A DNA stretch of 64,000 nucleotides from Anolis carolinensis (taxonomy: Eukaryota): NCBI RefSeq assembly GCF_035594765.1, contig NC_085843.1, positions 151,815,971 through 151,879,970 on the forward strand. Direction: 5' to 3'. The notes under the pieces are model-generated. The model did no database searches. It worked only from the letters and a program-made list of their open reading frames with translations, and was not told the origin of the DNA. Positions 37,606 through 51,423 of this stretch are shown one piece after another (the first letter of the stretch is position 1; the number at the start of each line of letters is the position of its first letter). The position numbers were made by a program, and so were the translations under genes.

Positions 37606-39318
37606 ACCCCTTTTGCTGAGGGGCAAAAGGAAAGGGCCTGAATGGTGGGAGTTTGGGTGATTTGCAAAAGCTTTTTTTTCCTAACGAAAAAAACGACGAA
37701 ATAAGAAAAAACGGCCTCTCGCGATTCGAAACCGCGATATCCAGACGTGTGGACAATCAAGGCCGTATATTGCTTCAAAACTAACGAAAATAACGAATTA
37801 ATAACGGGTAACGGGGAAATCGAATTATTTGAGCAAGCCTAGTAGCTAACATACATTACTGACCAACCATAAAAACTGTAAACAAAGATGAAAATGAATT
37901 GAAACTTTTATTCAAACTACCCATGGATGAAACAGGATTCCTTTAAGGTTTTATTTATATGTGCAGAAAATTGTGAAATGTGAACCATGACAGTGCAGGT
38001 ACTAGTCTGGGAAATGTAAAGATGAGAAACATTTCATTCATCCCAGTAGCCAGCTTCTCCAAAGTCAGATTACAACCAGACACACAAATCTTTGATCACT
38101 GAAGCAAGGAGTGATGATTTTCTGATGCAATTGGGACATCACAAAATAATGCCACCAGCCTTTTATAGCATATCACATCATCTCAATCTTTTTTGCATTT
38201 CAGCTGATTAATAGAAAGTTAAAACAAACTGTGTATATTGGAGACTGGCTTCATTCACAATACTAGGTATGTTTTCAGTACAACATTAGGAAAATGTCCC
38301 TCTCAAAACAATCTCTGTAAGCTGAGCCCTCTCTTAATCGAGAACTGTACAAACCCTTCAGATGGTGAATGTCCAAAAAGTGTTCATGTTTAAGCAAGGG
38401 TAGAGAAACATACGTGTGATTTAAGCCTGACCTAAAGCAACAGCTGCTGCTGTTGTCATCATAAGGTAAATGAGCTGTCGGATTTTAAAACATATCTGAA
38501 ATACTATCTCTTCCAGCAGGCCTACCCAGCCAGTTTTAATCATGAATTTTAAACTCCCATTTTGTGTTCACTATATTTTAATCTTTGTTCTAAGTATTTT
38601 AATATATTTTTTGTAGAAATATGTTTTAATATGATAATTTTATATGATGATTATGTGTTTTTAGCTATGTTGTAACCCAGCACAAGCCACAAGGAGAGGC
38701 GGGTAAGACATAAAATTATCATCATCATGTTTGGGACTTAAGGTGGCTTACAATAGCCAAGCATAGTTAAGAATTAACAGCATAAAAGGTAAAAAGTAAT
38801 AAAACTATCAAAAATGTTGAAGCCAGTTAAAACAAACTACTAAACAAGAACAAATAAAAGTTCAGAGGCTTCTAGAACAACAAAAGAAATGACTGCCTCC
38901 CACACTGACATCTCTCTATACCCTCTTAACTGATAACAGAAGTAACAATTAAGACAAAATGTAGGTCTGTAACTAACATCAAAACTTTTCTTCCTCTCCA
39001 TCATTTTAGACATCTTTGCCTCATGAAGAAACCAGTGAAACTTCAAAACATGCATGGTATGTTTTTGACATTTTGTGAAACACAATAAATGTATCATTGT
39101 GGGTGGCAAGGGGGGGGGGTGTTGCCTTCATGGCGAACAGTGACACAGTCATCTTTGAACACCAATAAAATCATTCAGTCACTTCCAGAACTGAATAGGA
39201 AAAAAAAGTTTCCTCCCTCTGATAAAAGTTCAAAAAAGTAGCAAAATTTTGCCCATGCCAACTAGATGGTATAAGAAGCTTTTTTTTCACAGCATGAGTT
39301 GTCTTTCAAGATCTGAAG

Positions 39319-39539
39319 AGTAAGGTAAAGGTAAAGGTTTTCCCCTGATGTTAAGTCCAGTCGTGACCGACTCTGGGGGTTGGTGCTCATCTCCATTTCT
39401 AAGCCGAAGAGCCGGCGTTGTTCGTAGACACCTCCAAGGTCATGTGGCTGGCATGACTGCATGGAGCGCCGTTACCTTCCCGCCGGAGAGGTACCTATTG
39501 ATCTACTCACATTTGCATGTTTTCAAACTGCTAGGTTGG
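39319..39539 (-). mobile_element. Sauria SINE, 5'-truncated
   Basis: (AAGGTA)n tail and 3' body matching the other copies. Confidence 0.88.
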
Positions 39540-41970
39540 TCTGAAGAGAGCTATGTACAAACCTCACACATCTGGAAGTTTCCCTACTTTGCTTTTAGGT
39601 GACTGTGGAGCTAAATTAGGGTGAAGTTCAGATGCAAGCAACAGAACTAGCAAAATTGTAGTTAGTTCTTTGCATTCTCCTTGGATCTTATCCCATGTAA
39701 GTTTTCACTTTCTCTCTGTTTTTGCACGCTGACAAAATGGAGTCTCGCAAAGGCCATTCCATGACACATGGACACTTTCAGTGGCCAACCATGGGAATTC
39801 ATCTTGTCAATGTGTAAACATGAAGAGAAGACTGCTTTTTCAGGAAGCTGAGGGAAGCAGGAAGAAGACGGGGAAAGGATGTGGGATGGCTGGTCATCCC
39901 CAGATATGGACCTTGCCAAGGTAAGATGAGTTCCCGCTCTTCCACATGCTTTCCCCTGCTTTCCTCTTTCCATGGGATAATATCTTATGACTGCATTTCA
40001 GACTCTTAAAAATACTGCCTAGAGGACTTTGAAAACATACTGAAGGAGACAAGCTGTGGATGACACAAACAGTGATGTGACTCATCTGTGCAATAACTCT
40101 TTCCACATGTTCTTGTGAGTCAGGTTCACTCTTGAAACTTGAGTGCTTTGAAATAAACCAAGGCCATTTACAGAGCTGATTTCGGTGCACAAAAGATGGA
40201 CACTGAATTATGAGTTTTGGGATTCACTCAAGAAAAGGGAAAACACTTTGGTGTAAAGATAGAGCAGCATGAGAAAGGGAGGGAACAAGGAAGATGGGGA
40301 ACAATCAAACCCCTTTCTTCCCTTCTCTGTCTCCAGAGTGCTGACCCAACAGTCGCTCACTACCACAAAAGTAGGGATGGATCATAGTTTCAATATTTAA
40401 ATTTTGGGAATATTTTTCATGGAACTGTGGGTACTTTGACAAACAGTCTTAGAGCAAAAGTCTTAAACTAACATTACTGCATATTAAGTTGCTTATATTA
40501 AGAGAACTATGTTCAGACAAACTGTCATGTATTATGTAAATACAAGAGTTTGAGGAGAGTCTGTTTTGAAGCATAATTAAATTATGTCAACTTGACTCTG
40601 TGGGAACTTTGGTTAGGAGACAGATATACTGCTGTTGTAAATTAAACTGTGCCTTATTAGTTGATAGGTAGGAAAAAATTGAGAATATAAAAATGGGAAA
40701 GAAAAAATATGCTGTACATATGATGAATGCAATGACACCTTGAAGGCTCTAGACAGAATAGCATTTTACAGTATATAAAATACACAAATAAACCAGTGGG
40801 GAAGAATATAAGTAAGTGTTTAATGCCTCTACTAATGGGCCTAGATCTACATAACTGAGACTGACTGCGATGACAGAAGTATTATCAAGTTGCAAGTTAA
40901 AAACTCTGTGATTCCTTCTAGCACTTATTTTGCACAGTAATATGCTCCTAAAATAATGATGAAATGGAGTGCAGATGATATTGCTATGAAAGTGACAGAT
41001 TACTCTCTGGATGGGAGCTAGCAGAAATGGAGTTTTCCACTTCAGAATTCCCCTTTCAAATATCCACCCTGAAATATGGATATTGGGAAATTATAAAAGA
41101 CAACAGTTCTGTTATTATTCCTTGAGTAACCTTAACAGATCATAGATTCCTTGAACACAAATGAGTTCCAAAGTATATCTGCGTTCTGATCTATGTCCTC
41201 TTCATTTAATAATGATCAGAACTGTGACTCATTCACCCCAATATTTGAGGAAAGGAGGATGTAGTCACATCCATGTCCTGCTTCTAGATTTCCTAGGAGC
41301 ACATGGTTGGCCGCTGTGTAAACAGTAGTGCTAAACTAGATGAGCCTTTGGTTTAATCCAGCAGAACTCTCTTATGTTTTCTCCCCCTATGCTTTTTTTG
41401 CATTTGCATTTGATTTATCATTAAATGGTCCCAGAAGCCAACCCCGAAGGTATTTCCCATGACAGCAGCTGCAAATGTTGAAGCTGTGCCTTTCAAGATA
41501 TAATCAGAGAGTGAGAAGATGGTTTTCTGTTGTTTTCTTTAAACCTCACAAGAAAACAACAGTTTTTCTGAGGAGGAATGAAGAATCATTTTCATTTGTG
41601 ACCATTTTCTATGTTTGAAAGAAATTGGAACAAAATAAATGAGTGCATGAAATGCCAGTGTTATTGACCACAACAGGAAATCCTGTGGAGGAGATGACAG
41701 TTCAATTTTGTGAGTGATTCTCAACTCCAGTGGTAAGTCAACTTAATGATAGCCAGGCAAAATGCACAACAGATCTCGCAACTTGTCTGATTCAAACCAC
41801 AGTACTCTTAGCAGAATAAAGAAATGAATGGGCTACTTTTGGTTAATTTCATATGGAAAAGAATACATGTCTGGATTTATATTTCTGGCCACACATAGGA
41901 TGAGCTTCAGGAAGCAGGGCTTACTGGCCACCCTTAGACTCAATCATAGTGTAGGAAAGGTCATGTCTAA

Positions 41971-42048
41971 GGCCCCTTCTACATTGCCATATAAAATCCA
42001 GATTATCTGCTTTGATAATCTGGGTTTTATGGCAATGGAGAAGGGGCT
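41971..42048. mobile_element. Short palindromic PIF/Harbinger-like MITE
   Basis: GGCCCCTTCTACATTGCCATATAAAATCCAGATTATC followed by its near reverse complement; TAA/TCA flanks. Confidence 0.6.
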
Positions 42049-42078
42049 TCAGTGCATCTTTCAATTGGTTGGGATTAA

Positions 42079-42418
42079 GGACCTCATCACATTGAGGTCC
42101 TGAAGCCAGGCAATAGTGGGAAGAATCACTAGCCAGCATTGCAAATCCATGGGGCAGTGGGAGAAAGCATTGCCCTGTGCTTTGCATTGCCCACTGCACC
42201 ACTTTTCCCATCACATGGGGGGAAACGTCACCATCTGGTTCCCCCCTCTTATCTAATGAAAACATGATAAACCTCCCGTGTTCTCTGGGAGCACCCTAGA
42301 ACGTTTCCTGTGCAGAGCCCTACCGGAAGTAGCTTTATAGAATGAGCTCTGCATTGTATGATGGGCTTCATTGGGGAAGAGTCCTAGTATGATTCTCAAA
42401 GACAATGTGACAGGGTCC
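42079..42418. mobile_element. PIF/Harbinger-like MITE
   Basis: TIR GGACCTCATCACATTG / CAATGTGACAGGGTCC with TAA flanks. Related copy at 54527-54774. Confidence 0.6.
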
Positions 42419-42659
42419 TAAGACTGTGGTTGATGCCTTGAATGAAAAGCATCTTTTAAATATCTTAGTTATACCGAGCATGAAATTAGACTCATAAATT
42501 TCTATAGTGATGGGTGTACTTATTTACATTTGACTAGTCAGTTATTAGCTTTTCATTCTGATTTTGACAGAAGTTCAACCTTCGGATTACCAGTATGTAC
42601 ATTATTATCTTTAGGTTTTGCCATTCTAGGAAAGGGCAGAGATGACATATTAGCATCAA

Positions 42660-43108
42660 AATAATAATAATAATAAAAACTTTATTTATACCCCGCCACC
42701 ATCTCCCCAATGGGGACTCGGGGCGGCTTACATGGGGCCATGCCCAAAACAATACAATGTAAACAGCATATAAAAGAACAGCACAACACAATACAATAAG
42801 CAATACAGTAAATAATATCCATTACAAAATAAAACAAGGAGACAATAAAAACAAGGGCAGACCACATGAACATTAAGTTAAAACTCGGGGTCAGAAAGAC
42901 ATAAAAATAAAAACCACAGCAAACAGGGTCATAAGGGAGTGGGGTATTCTGGAGGATAGATATTAGAGGGAGCAACGGAAAAGAAATATAAAATGGTTAC
43001 TCTCCAAAAGCACAGCGAAAGAGCCATGTTTTCAAGTCTTTCTTGAAGGCTGCTAGTGTGGGGGCTTGCCTAATCTCAGTGGGCAGAGAATTCCACAATC
43101 GGGGGGCC
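42660..43108 (-). mobile_element. L2 LINE 3' fragment
   Basis: Homologous to 16880-17510 and 43970-44478; (AAT)n tail. Confidence 0.82.
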
Positions 43109-43969
43109 AAAAAGTAATAGAGATAGCGGTGCTTTTAGGGAGTTAAATAGGAATGTTTTATTCTTCGCCTTGATTTATTTTCTCTAGGAAGGTAAATTGT
43201 TCATCCATTCACAGAAAGAAGGTTAAGCATGGGTGAGACAGACAAACAGAACAAATAATCTCTAATCCACTAAATGAAAGTAGCCACCATTAAGTAGAGT
43301 GATACATTTGCCTTTAGCTGATAGGTCCTTAGATCATGTGAAAACCCAAATTGCAGACCACTTGGTTGTTCCTCCTGAAGCCCTCCTTGCCCAGTCATTC
43401 TTTTAGTTTAGAAATTTTAATTAAAAAATCACCCCCTCAAAAAAACAAAACAAAAAAAAAACATGGCCAATCTATTGACAGATCAGTGAGTAGTATACCT
43501 TGACTGTTGTCAAAAGTTGCATCCTGGGAAAAGCTAGACAAAGGCCCCCTCCACTCTCTCCAGCATGATGCCACTTCTGCCTTTTTGAATACCTGGGAGA
43601 AATGTCAATATCCATAATTTTGTCAAAGACATGTCAAAATCCATAATTTTGTTCCCTTGAAAGTTTGCCTTTAATTGATACGTAAGGCCAGTTTATACAT
43701 ATATGAGTATGTATTGTAAGCAAATCCCATAATTTCTTCAACTCTTCATTTGTTAAATTACACAATTCCCTTCCCCCTGAATTTCAGTACCCATTACTGC
43801 TCAGACTATTGGCTGTTGATGATGCTGTTTTTATGTTATTGTCTTCTTGTAATGTCATTGATTTTATTGAGATTTTTTAAATCTGTGTTTGATTTTAATC
43901 TTTGTTGGATTGGGCTTGTCCCCATGTAAGCTGCCCCAAGTCCCTTTGGGGAGATGGAGGCATGATGAT

Positions 43970-43970
43970 G

Positions 43971-44020
<50 letters not shown>

Positions 44021-44478
44021 CTTTATTTATACCCCGCCACCATCTCCCCAACGGGGACTCAGGGCGGCTTACATGGGGCCATGCCCAGAACAATACAATA
44101 TAACAAAATATAATAGAACAACAAATCATAGCACATTAAACAACACAATAAAAGACAATATACACTACATTAAACAAGATCAAAAGAACAATAAAACCAA
44201 GGGCGGGCCACATGAACACTAGATTAAAACTCGAGGTGAGAAAGGAAGCAGGAGTAAAAACCACAGAGGACAGGGTCATAAAGTGGCGGTGCAATCTGGA
44301 GGACAAGTATTGAAGGAGAGCAGCAAAAGGGATGTATGTAGTGATTACTCTCCAAAGGCACAACGGAAGAGCCATGTTTTCAGGTCTTTCTTAAAGGCTG
44401 CTAGTGTGGGGGCTTGCCTAATCTCACCGGGCAGTGAGTTCCACAGTCGGGGGGCCACAGCAGAGAAGGCCCTCCCCC
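43970..44478 (-). mobile_element. L2 LINE 3' fragment with (AAT)n tail
   Basis: Minus translation RAFSAVAPRLWNSLPGEIRQAPTLAAFKKDLKTWLF. Confidence 0.85.
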
Positions 44479-47126
44479 TTGATATAAAAATAAAGTTGTT
44501 GTTGTTGTTGTTGTTGTTAAATACAAAGAATACTTTGCAGTATTGTGTCACTCCTGATTGTATTGCAAAGAGAACATAATGCATTAGCCACTGGCACATA
44601 TTGCATAAACTTTTTTCATAGCTAAACAAAGAAAGAGTTGGCCAAAAAGATAATTTAGAATTTTTTATACAAAGCAAAGGTAGGCCTGTTGTCATATTCT
44701 GTCCATGCTTTCCCCCACTCCCTCACCACCCAAATGCATGTAGTACATTGCTTTTCTTAGGCCAAATATGAGAACGCAAAAGTGTGTGCAGACTTTCAAG
44801 ATTAGGCAAGATGTTATAAAAAGCCTGAAAAAGAGAATGGAAAAAACTGACTTGATGTTGAATGACTTCTGGGTAGTGATGTGGTTTAGGTGTCATCTAG
44901 AGGGTAATTGTGAGGAATATTGGGAGCAAGAAATACTGGAAAGTTCAGTTTTTTCATTTGGAAAATACATAATCCACCTGGAAGAACAGAGAAGTATTGT
45001 TGTTGGACAAAGAACACCTGCCCCTTTATTGTCAGAAAACAAAGAAATATTGCAACTTTTCATTGGAGTAGGTAACTTTATAGTCTATTTCATCTCATAA
45101 CAACACACATATCTCAGCCAAGCACACATTTTCATCACAAACATTGTTCCTCTCCAAAAGGCTTGGAGGTGGTTTTAACTATAATCTCCCTGAATAGTTT
45201 TAGACCTCAAGAAAAACCTTTTTGTTAAGAAACAGGAAGTGCAATGTAAGGGCTAAAACAAAGACAGAAAGACATTTATGCTATATGTGACACATTTTCC
45301 ATGGTTTTCAAGTCCTAAACAAAACTTCAAAGACAGTGGAAGTTTGACAAAGAGGACGGGGAAAGTGGTAAAAAAATAAACCAAGGATTTCATCCCATGG
45401 GTTTAGGGCTCTGTTTCCATGCACTTCAAAAACAGAGTCCCATGGGAGTCCCACTAATATAATGGCACTTTCAGTGGCCATCTGTGGTTTCTGCAGTGCA
45501 TGGAAACAGAGCCGTAAACCCGTCTTCAGGAGAAAAGCAGGAGAAAGCGGATGAAAAACAGACATTGATGCAGAAAGGACATGGGATGGCTGGCCAACCT
45601 AAAAGATGGGGAAAGACAGGTGAGAATAGGTAAAACAGTTCACTTCATGATTCCCGCTCATGTGAAGTCCTAAAATTAACCAGGTTCCTCTTCCTCTTCA
45701 TAATTAAAAAAAAGGTTTGTACCACCATGTCAGAAAAAGTTCTATTAGTATAAATATAAAATGTCATTTCAGGCATCTTTATATGGAAAAAGCCTGACCA
45801 TTTAAAGTTTTCAATAAAAGAACAAAATAATCCTGGTACTTTCAATTGGGCATACTGACTTATTAATGTCGGAGATAAATAAAGTATTTAAGATTAGATT
45901 TTAACTGGTTGAATTATAGTGCATTATTCTTTATTAGTAACTTCATTTTTGTTTTGCCTAAACTGAAGGGCTAGATATGATTTCTGTCTAAATCACCATT
46001 GCACAAAAATGAGATCTGACCCCAAACATATGTATACTTGTATCTAGTGTCTAAACATGCATCTCTTTGATGAATTTATTCTTTTTTATTTATCATCTAA
46101 AACTATGCATAGCATAAGAAATTATTATAAATAGCATAATTTGCTCACTGGATTATACTTTTAACTCTCAGAGAGTATACATACATTGAATTATACATTC
46201 AGAACCATTAATCATATTCTTGCTCAATATGTCAGGTTCTAAAATGACCTAACTGGAAGCTGAATTCTAATGTTTGCTTTTCAAGTCAGGAGAGAATGCT
46301 TACTTATATAAAGACTGATTTTATACATACTGCAAGAATGTCATGCATAATTTGCAATTTGCAGCCTACCAACATGCCACTTGGAGCTCCAGTGGGCAAG
46401 AACGGTTATGTAGACATGTTAGTGTTGTGCACAACTCTTCTAAGATTGCATCTGCTTCTGATAAAGTTCACTTCCAGAACTTCATGCAAAGTATGAAACG
46501 TCCTCAAAGGGGCAGAAGCAAAAAAAAAAAAAAAAAAAGGGGGGGGGGACAAAAAGTCAGAAAACTGAAGCTCATGTTCTTCCCTAGAAGAGAAAACCTT
46601 TCTTTCCTCTGTAGTTTGTGGGTAGTTTGCCAATGAAGCAGAAGTAAAGTTGTTTTTTTTTCTCATGTGATCTCTGAGATATTGTTTGATTTCTCAAATC
46701 AATGTTTACTGTGTCATCTATTTTTAAAGCAGTTTTGGTTCCTGATGTTGGCAACAACCAAAAATAAAACACAACCAACAACAAAATAAAAATAAAAATG
46801 CATTGACTTGAGTACTTAGTCAAGTACTCAAGTATGGGCTCCATCATTCCCCCTCCCCTCCCTACACACTCCCTGCTGGTAGAGGAACAAGAGTAATGAG
46901 TGAGCTGCTTCAGCCTCAAAAAAAAAGTTTGCACTCCCTCAATGTTTTTTTCAGTATAATGGGTTCACAGTCTGTCTCCCTATCATATTCCCTCAGGGTA
47001 AGGATAATATCTTTTTCCTACACATGTTTCTTTATCCATCCAACCTTCACCATTATCTGCAACTTTCTTCTTCTTTCTCTTCTGCTATTCTCAATTTTCT
47101 CAACTAGGATCATCTTCTTTCTCTCT

Positions 47127-47200
47127 CCTTCCTTCCTTCCTTCCTTCCTTCCTTCCTTCCTTCCTTCCTTCCTTCCTTCCTTCCTTCCTTCCTTCCTTCC
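47127..47200. repeat. (CCTT)n microsatellite
   Basis: Direct inspection. Confidence 0.95.
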
Positions 47201-49415
47201 ATTCCCTTTGTTGTTTCACACCTCATTTTCTATGGCAACTTCTTCCTTCTTTCTGTGGTTCTCCAAACTCTTTTTCCTGCTCCTAAAAACAACCTAAAAC
47301 TATTACTTGTGGCATTATCAGATATTTATATTTGTGTGACCCATCATATTCAGTAGAACTAACATCTGAGTAGGATAAGATAGGAGTAGGCAGCATACAT
47401 AGATAGAATCACCTTGTTGTTGTTGTCTAGATGGTTGTTGTTTGCAGAATCACTGTATCAGACACCAAGGGAAACTAAAATCAGGAACAACATATTTATG
47501 GTGTCCTGAAAGGTACAGAGGAAAGTGGGAAACATGGTATTCACTTCAGTTTCCAGAAGGCAAGTTTGTTTGAATTTCATTTGGGAGTAGTTCAGTAATT
47601 TCATTAGAGGAAGATAACTTTGCTTTGGTGGTGATCTAGGAATTGTATGTTTTTAATGAAGCAAGTCCACATTCCATATGTATTTTATTGAGATCATCAA
47701 AGAATCTCAACCAAATACATGAAAGAAACAAAGAAAAAAAGTCTCAGGTCTCCAGTATTATGTTGTGAAAATCAATTGAAATAGAATGGAAGGCTTTCAG
47801 TGTTTATGATATTACACTTCATAATACACATCAATATCAAGAAAAGTTGAAATTTCAACATATCTCAAAGCCAAGTGGATACAACAGCTATAATTCAGGA
47901 TGGGGATTACCCACAGTCTATACATCTAAATGAAGTTCTTAAGAACCTGCTATTATATGCAAGATGTGCATTACAGCAGACCAATAGGCCAAATATAAAT
48001 TGAGTGTGCTCTAAAATTAAAAATGTCTTGAATAAATGGTAGTAATGAAGACTTTGATAGCTCAATGTCTTGTTCTGATGAGTCCCTTTTCCACCCACAC
48101 TTCTTGAAGAATGTATGCAGGACTGTAGCTGTGAGGAAGATGCTAATGGAAATCAGTAATAGTAATTTAATCACGGGAATTAGCATAACCAGCATTTCTT
48201 GCTCCTCTAAGCATATGCAACCAATAATGAGAGGTTAATTAGTAATGTAATTGTGCTTTATGGTTTTTTCTGTCTCAGGGCACAATTTCCATCCACCAAC
48301 TTTATCAGTATGGCTTTGAAGTGTAGTACTTCATTCCAACTGGTTGGGTTTTACTCTCTTTTTCTTTGAAGTGAAAGCAGAAATTAACATGGCCACACTG
48401 CTGGGTGTGCAGTCCTTGTAATTGTTCTGAACACAGAAAGTTGACAGGCAACAATAAATATACTGTATTGATTTATATATGTGCCCTGCTGTTTCAGCAC
48501 AATGTCATTTGAAATTTTGGATACAGTCTGAACTAAGTTAAGAGCTTGAAATCTTTCTGATTCTTGGACCTAAAACTCAAGCACATGTTTAATAGCTCTT
48601 CAGCAAGTGATGAGACTTCAAAAACACATACATCAGATTTAGATTAATCTGAAACACAATTGGTTTGATTTCACCAGATCTATGATTCACCTAAAGTCAA
48701 ATAAAAATGAAAAATGAATCCAAAGAAATGATTTTATTGTGTCTTATGGATCATAATGTTCAAAGGATATTGAAGTAACTTAATTAATTAAAATTTTAAT
48801 TAATTTTAAAATGCAAAGAATTCTACTTCACTAAAAAATTAAGTCACAACAGTAAATACATAGTCAAACACAGTGAAAAGATAAAATGATAGCACATCTC
48901 ATTATGTCAATGACCAAACAAGGTGACTGACATATACTTACGAAATCTTTTCCTAGTAGTAATGTTGAAATATGTATGATATTTAGGAGGTTTTTAGCAC
49001 CTGTTTTTACAAGTACCTACCTATCTTATTGATAAAGAAGTTCTCACCAATCCTTTTCCATTCTGTCTAATCCCAAAATCCAATTCTGAATCATTTTGAT
49101 TTATTTTTGCAGTTATTTTGTATCTATCTTAGGTGATTGCTTGTTAATAGACTTATAGAGACAGTGTCTCCTCTTCCCCACTCCAGATTAGCTTAGTTTC
49201 ATATGTTTATTATTGATTAAACAATGTTTTCTAATTGTCTCCAGGTGTCTTTTGCTTCTAACTATAGTAATACTTTATTTTTGTCTCATTCTGTGTTTTT
49301 TGTGTGTGTGTGTGTAAGGGAAAATTGCATAAACGATCATGTTTCCTACATGATTTGATGCTGATGTCATTGTGGAATCCAAAGATCATATTTATGTAAC
49401 TGTACCATGTTCTAT

Positions 49416-49619
49416 GGAGCCCCGGTGGTGAAGTGCGTTAAAGCACTGAGCTGGAGACCGAAAGGTCCCAGGTTCAAACCTCGGGAGCCAATGTGAGTAG
49501 ATCAATAGGTACTGCTCCGGCGGGAAGGTAATGGCGCTCCATGCAGTCATGCCAGCTACATGACCCCAGAGTCGGTCACGACTGGACTTAACATCAGGGG
49601 AAAACCTTTACCTTTACCT
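49416..49619 (+). mobile_element. Internally deleted Sauria SINE
   Basis: GGAGCCCCGGTGG head and ACCTTTACCTTT tail. 13-bp TSD TACCATGTTCTAT at 49403-49415 and 49620-49632. Confidence 0.85.
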
Positions 49620-50577
49620 TACCATGTTCTATAATCCATTGTTCTCAAAACAATGCCATACTTTACATATTGGCAAATATATTGTTAAAAACAAAGAAAT
49701 CATTACTTATATGGTGCCAATTTTGACTCTTAATACTAGATTATCAAAGGTTTTTTGTCTTTGTTTTATTACAAGCATAGGCTACAACATTATATTGTTA
49801 TATCACTCTTGCCCTTTTCATGCTACAAATGCTTTCAACTGGCAAATGGAGAGGCAAAAACATTCAAGTCCCCAGTAGGGAGTCAATTTAATTTTCAAGC
49901 TAATTTTAAACAATTGTCCCCAGTGGCTTAAGTTTTCTGAAAACCTCTGGGATTCATCTTTACATTCCCTGCTGTGCGCAAAATGCTCCCTAAACACAAC
50001 ATTTAACACTTATTTAAATATTTCCTTAAGCACTGAAAGATTCTAATAATATTTGCCATTCAGCAGTGTGCTACGAGTTATGATCGATAAATATGAATTG
50101 CAAGTAGACTTTGATGCATTAGGCATGGAGATGCCTCTTGCCAGAGTTTGCACATATTAGAAGAGGCATGTTGAAAGGGTAAGAAAGTGGGAGACTGGAT
50201 CTCTGTGCATATTCAAGAAGTCAAGATTCTTTTTAAAGTACAAAGCGGAATTTCCATCTAAAACTTATTTCCTAATACTGACAAGGAATATTCCCATTCA
50301 GGAGAGTAATCAGTTTTTAATTGTCTTGCTGGCTTCCACTGAATGGAGATCCCACTTAACTAGCTTAGAATGGCCCACACATTGTTTTCACTAGATCATC
50401 TAAGAGTCATTGCCAGTTGTCAGAGAGTGACAGACAGAGGTCACATTCACATCTGCTATTTACACAAAAATCTTTGTACACAAGGTTTAAGCTTTGTATT
50501 CGTCACTTTAAGCACATGGGTCCTTTTAAAAATCACTCATAGAATAACATTAAAGTCAGTTTTTGCACTACCCGGAA

Positions 50578-50890
50578 AGACAGGGCCTTCTCAGTGGTGG
50601 CCCCTTGGCTGTGGAACTTCCTCCCTAGTGGGATTAGATTGGCCCCTTCTCTATTGTCATTTCACAAACAAGTGAACACTTGGCTTTGGGAGCAAGCATT
50701 TGGCCCAGCATAATTATCTGTGCAATGTAGTTGGAATGGGCTTTGGATTGATGAATATGATTATCTGATTAACTGGCTTTGGATCTATGCACAATACTTG
50801 TCTAATGTCATATGTTGTTTCAATGTTGTTTTAATTGCATTTAATTGTTGTTGTTTGGGCATGAAATAATGCCACTCATGTAAGCTTTGC
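50578..50890 (+). mobile_element. Older L2 LINE 3' fragment
   Basis: AGGGCCTTCTCAGTGGTGGCCCCTTGGCTGTGGAAC (RAFSVVAP.LWN), followed by a T-rich UTR. Confidence 0.6.
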
Positions 50891-51423
50891 CAAGAAGTTG
50901 CCCTCTTACTATGCTTCTTCCACTAATTTCTTTAAATATGCTGTATGTTCCTCAGACTGTTGTTTTCCTTTTCCTTATTTATTTATATTGGTATTGCCAA
51001 AATATGTGCTTTGTTTTATCCTCTTCATTTGAGGATCTTCCCACTGCTGCCTTCCTCTCCTCTTTAAATGGCATGTTTTATAACTTCATGGCTCTGCTCA
51101 TTAAAGTTTTGATATCCTTTGGGTCCTGCTAATATCCTACCTGACTTATCCTTGATATACATACCGTCTTGCATTACCATGACTTTTATAAAACCACAAG
51201 CTTCCTGGAAAAATGTTAGCCTCTTGAATATCTTATTCAACTCCCTTTGAATGAATACTTCCATATTTTTCCAATTTTGATTATGACTTTTTGGCCTTTG
51301 TGGGCAAATATATGTTTACACACAGTCATACACAGATAAACATATTGAAAAGCACTGTTTCCACATTCTTTGCATGTTTGTGTAATTATTAGGCATGTGC
51401 AAAAAAGTAAGTCAGATGAGTTT

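Larger units (their letters stand above)
35639..37841. mobile_element. Composite non-autonomous hAT element (2.2 kb) with nested SINE, Penelope and CpG-rich cargo
   Basis: Termini TAGGCTTG...CAAGCCTA. Perfect 8-bp TSD GTAGCTAA at 35631-35638 and 37842-37849. CpG-rich subterminal AACGAA/TTCGTT repeats at both ends. Confidence 0.82.

Noticed and set aside
37262-37778. GC-rich ORFs (164 aa and 99 aa) as a host gene
   Set aside because: Low-complexity translations of GC-rich cargo inside a TSD-bounded transposon; no protein family recognisable.
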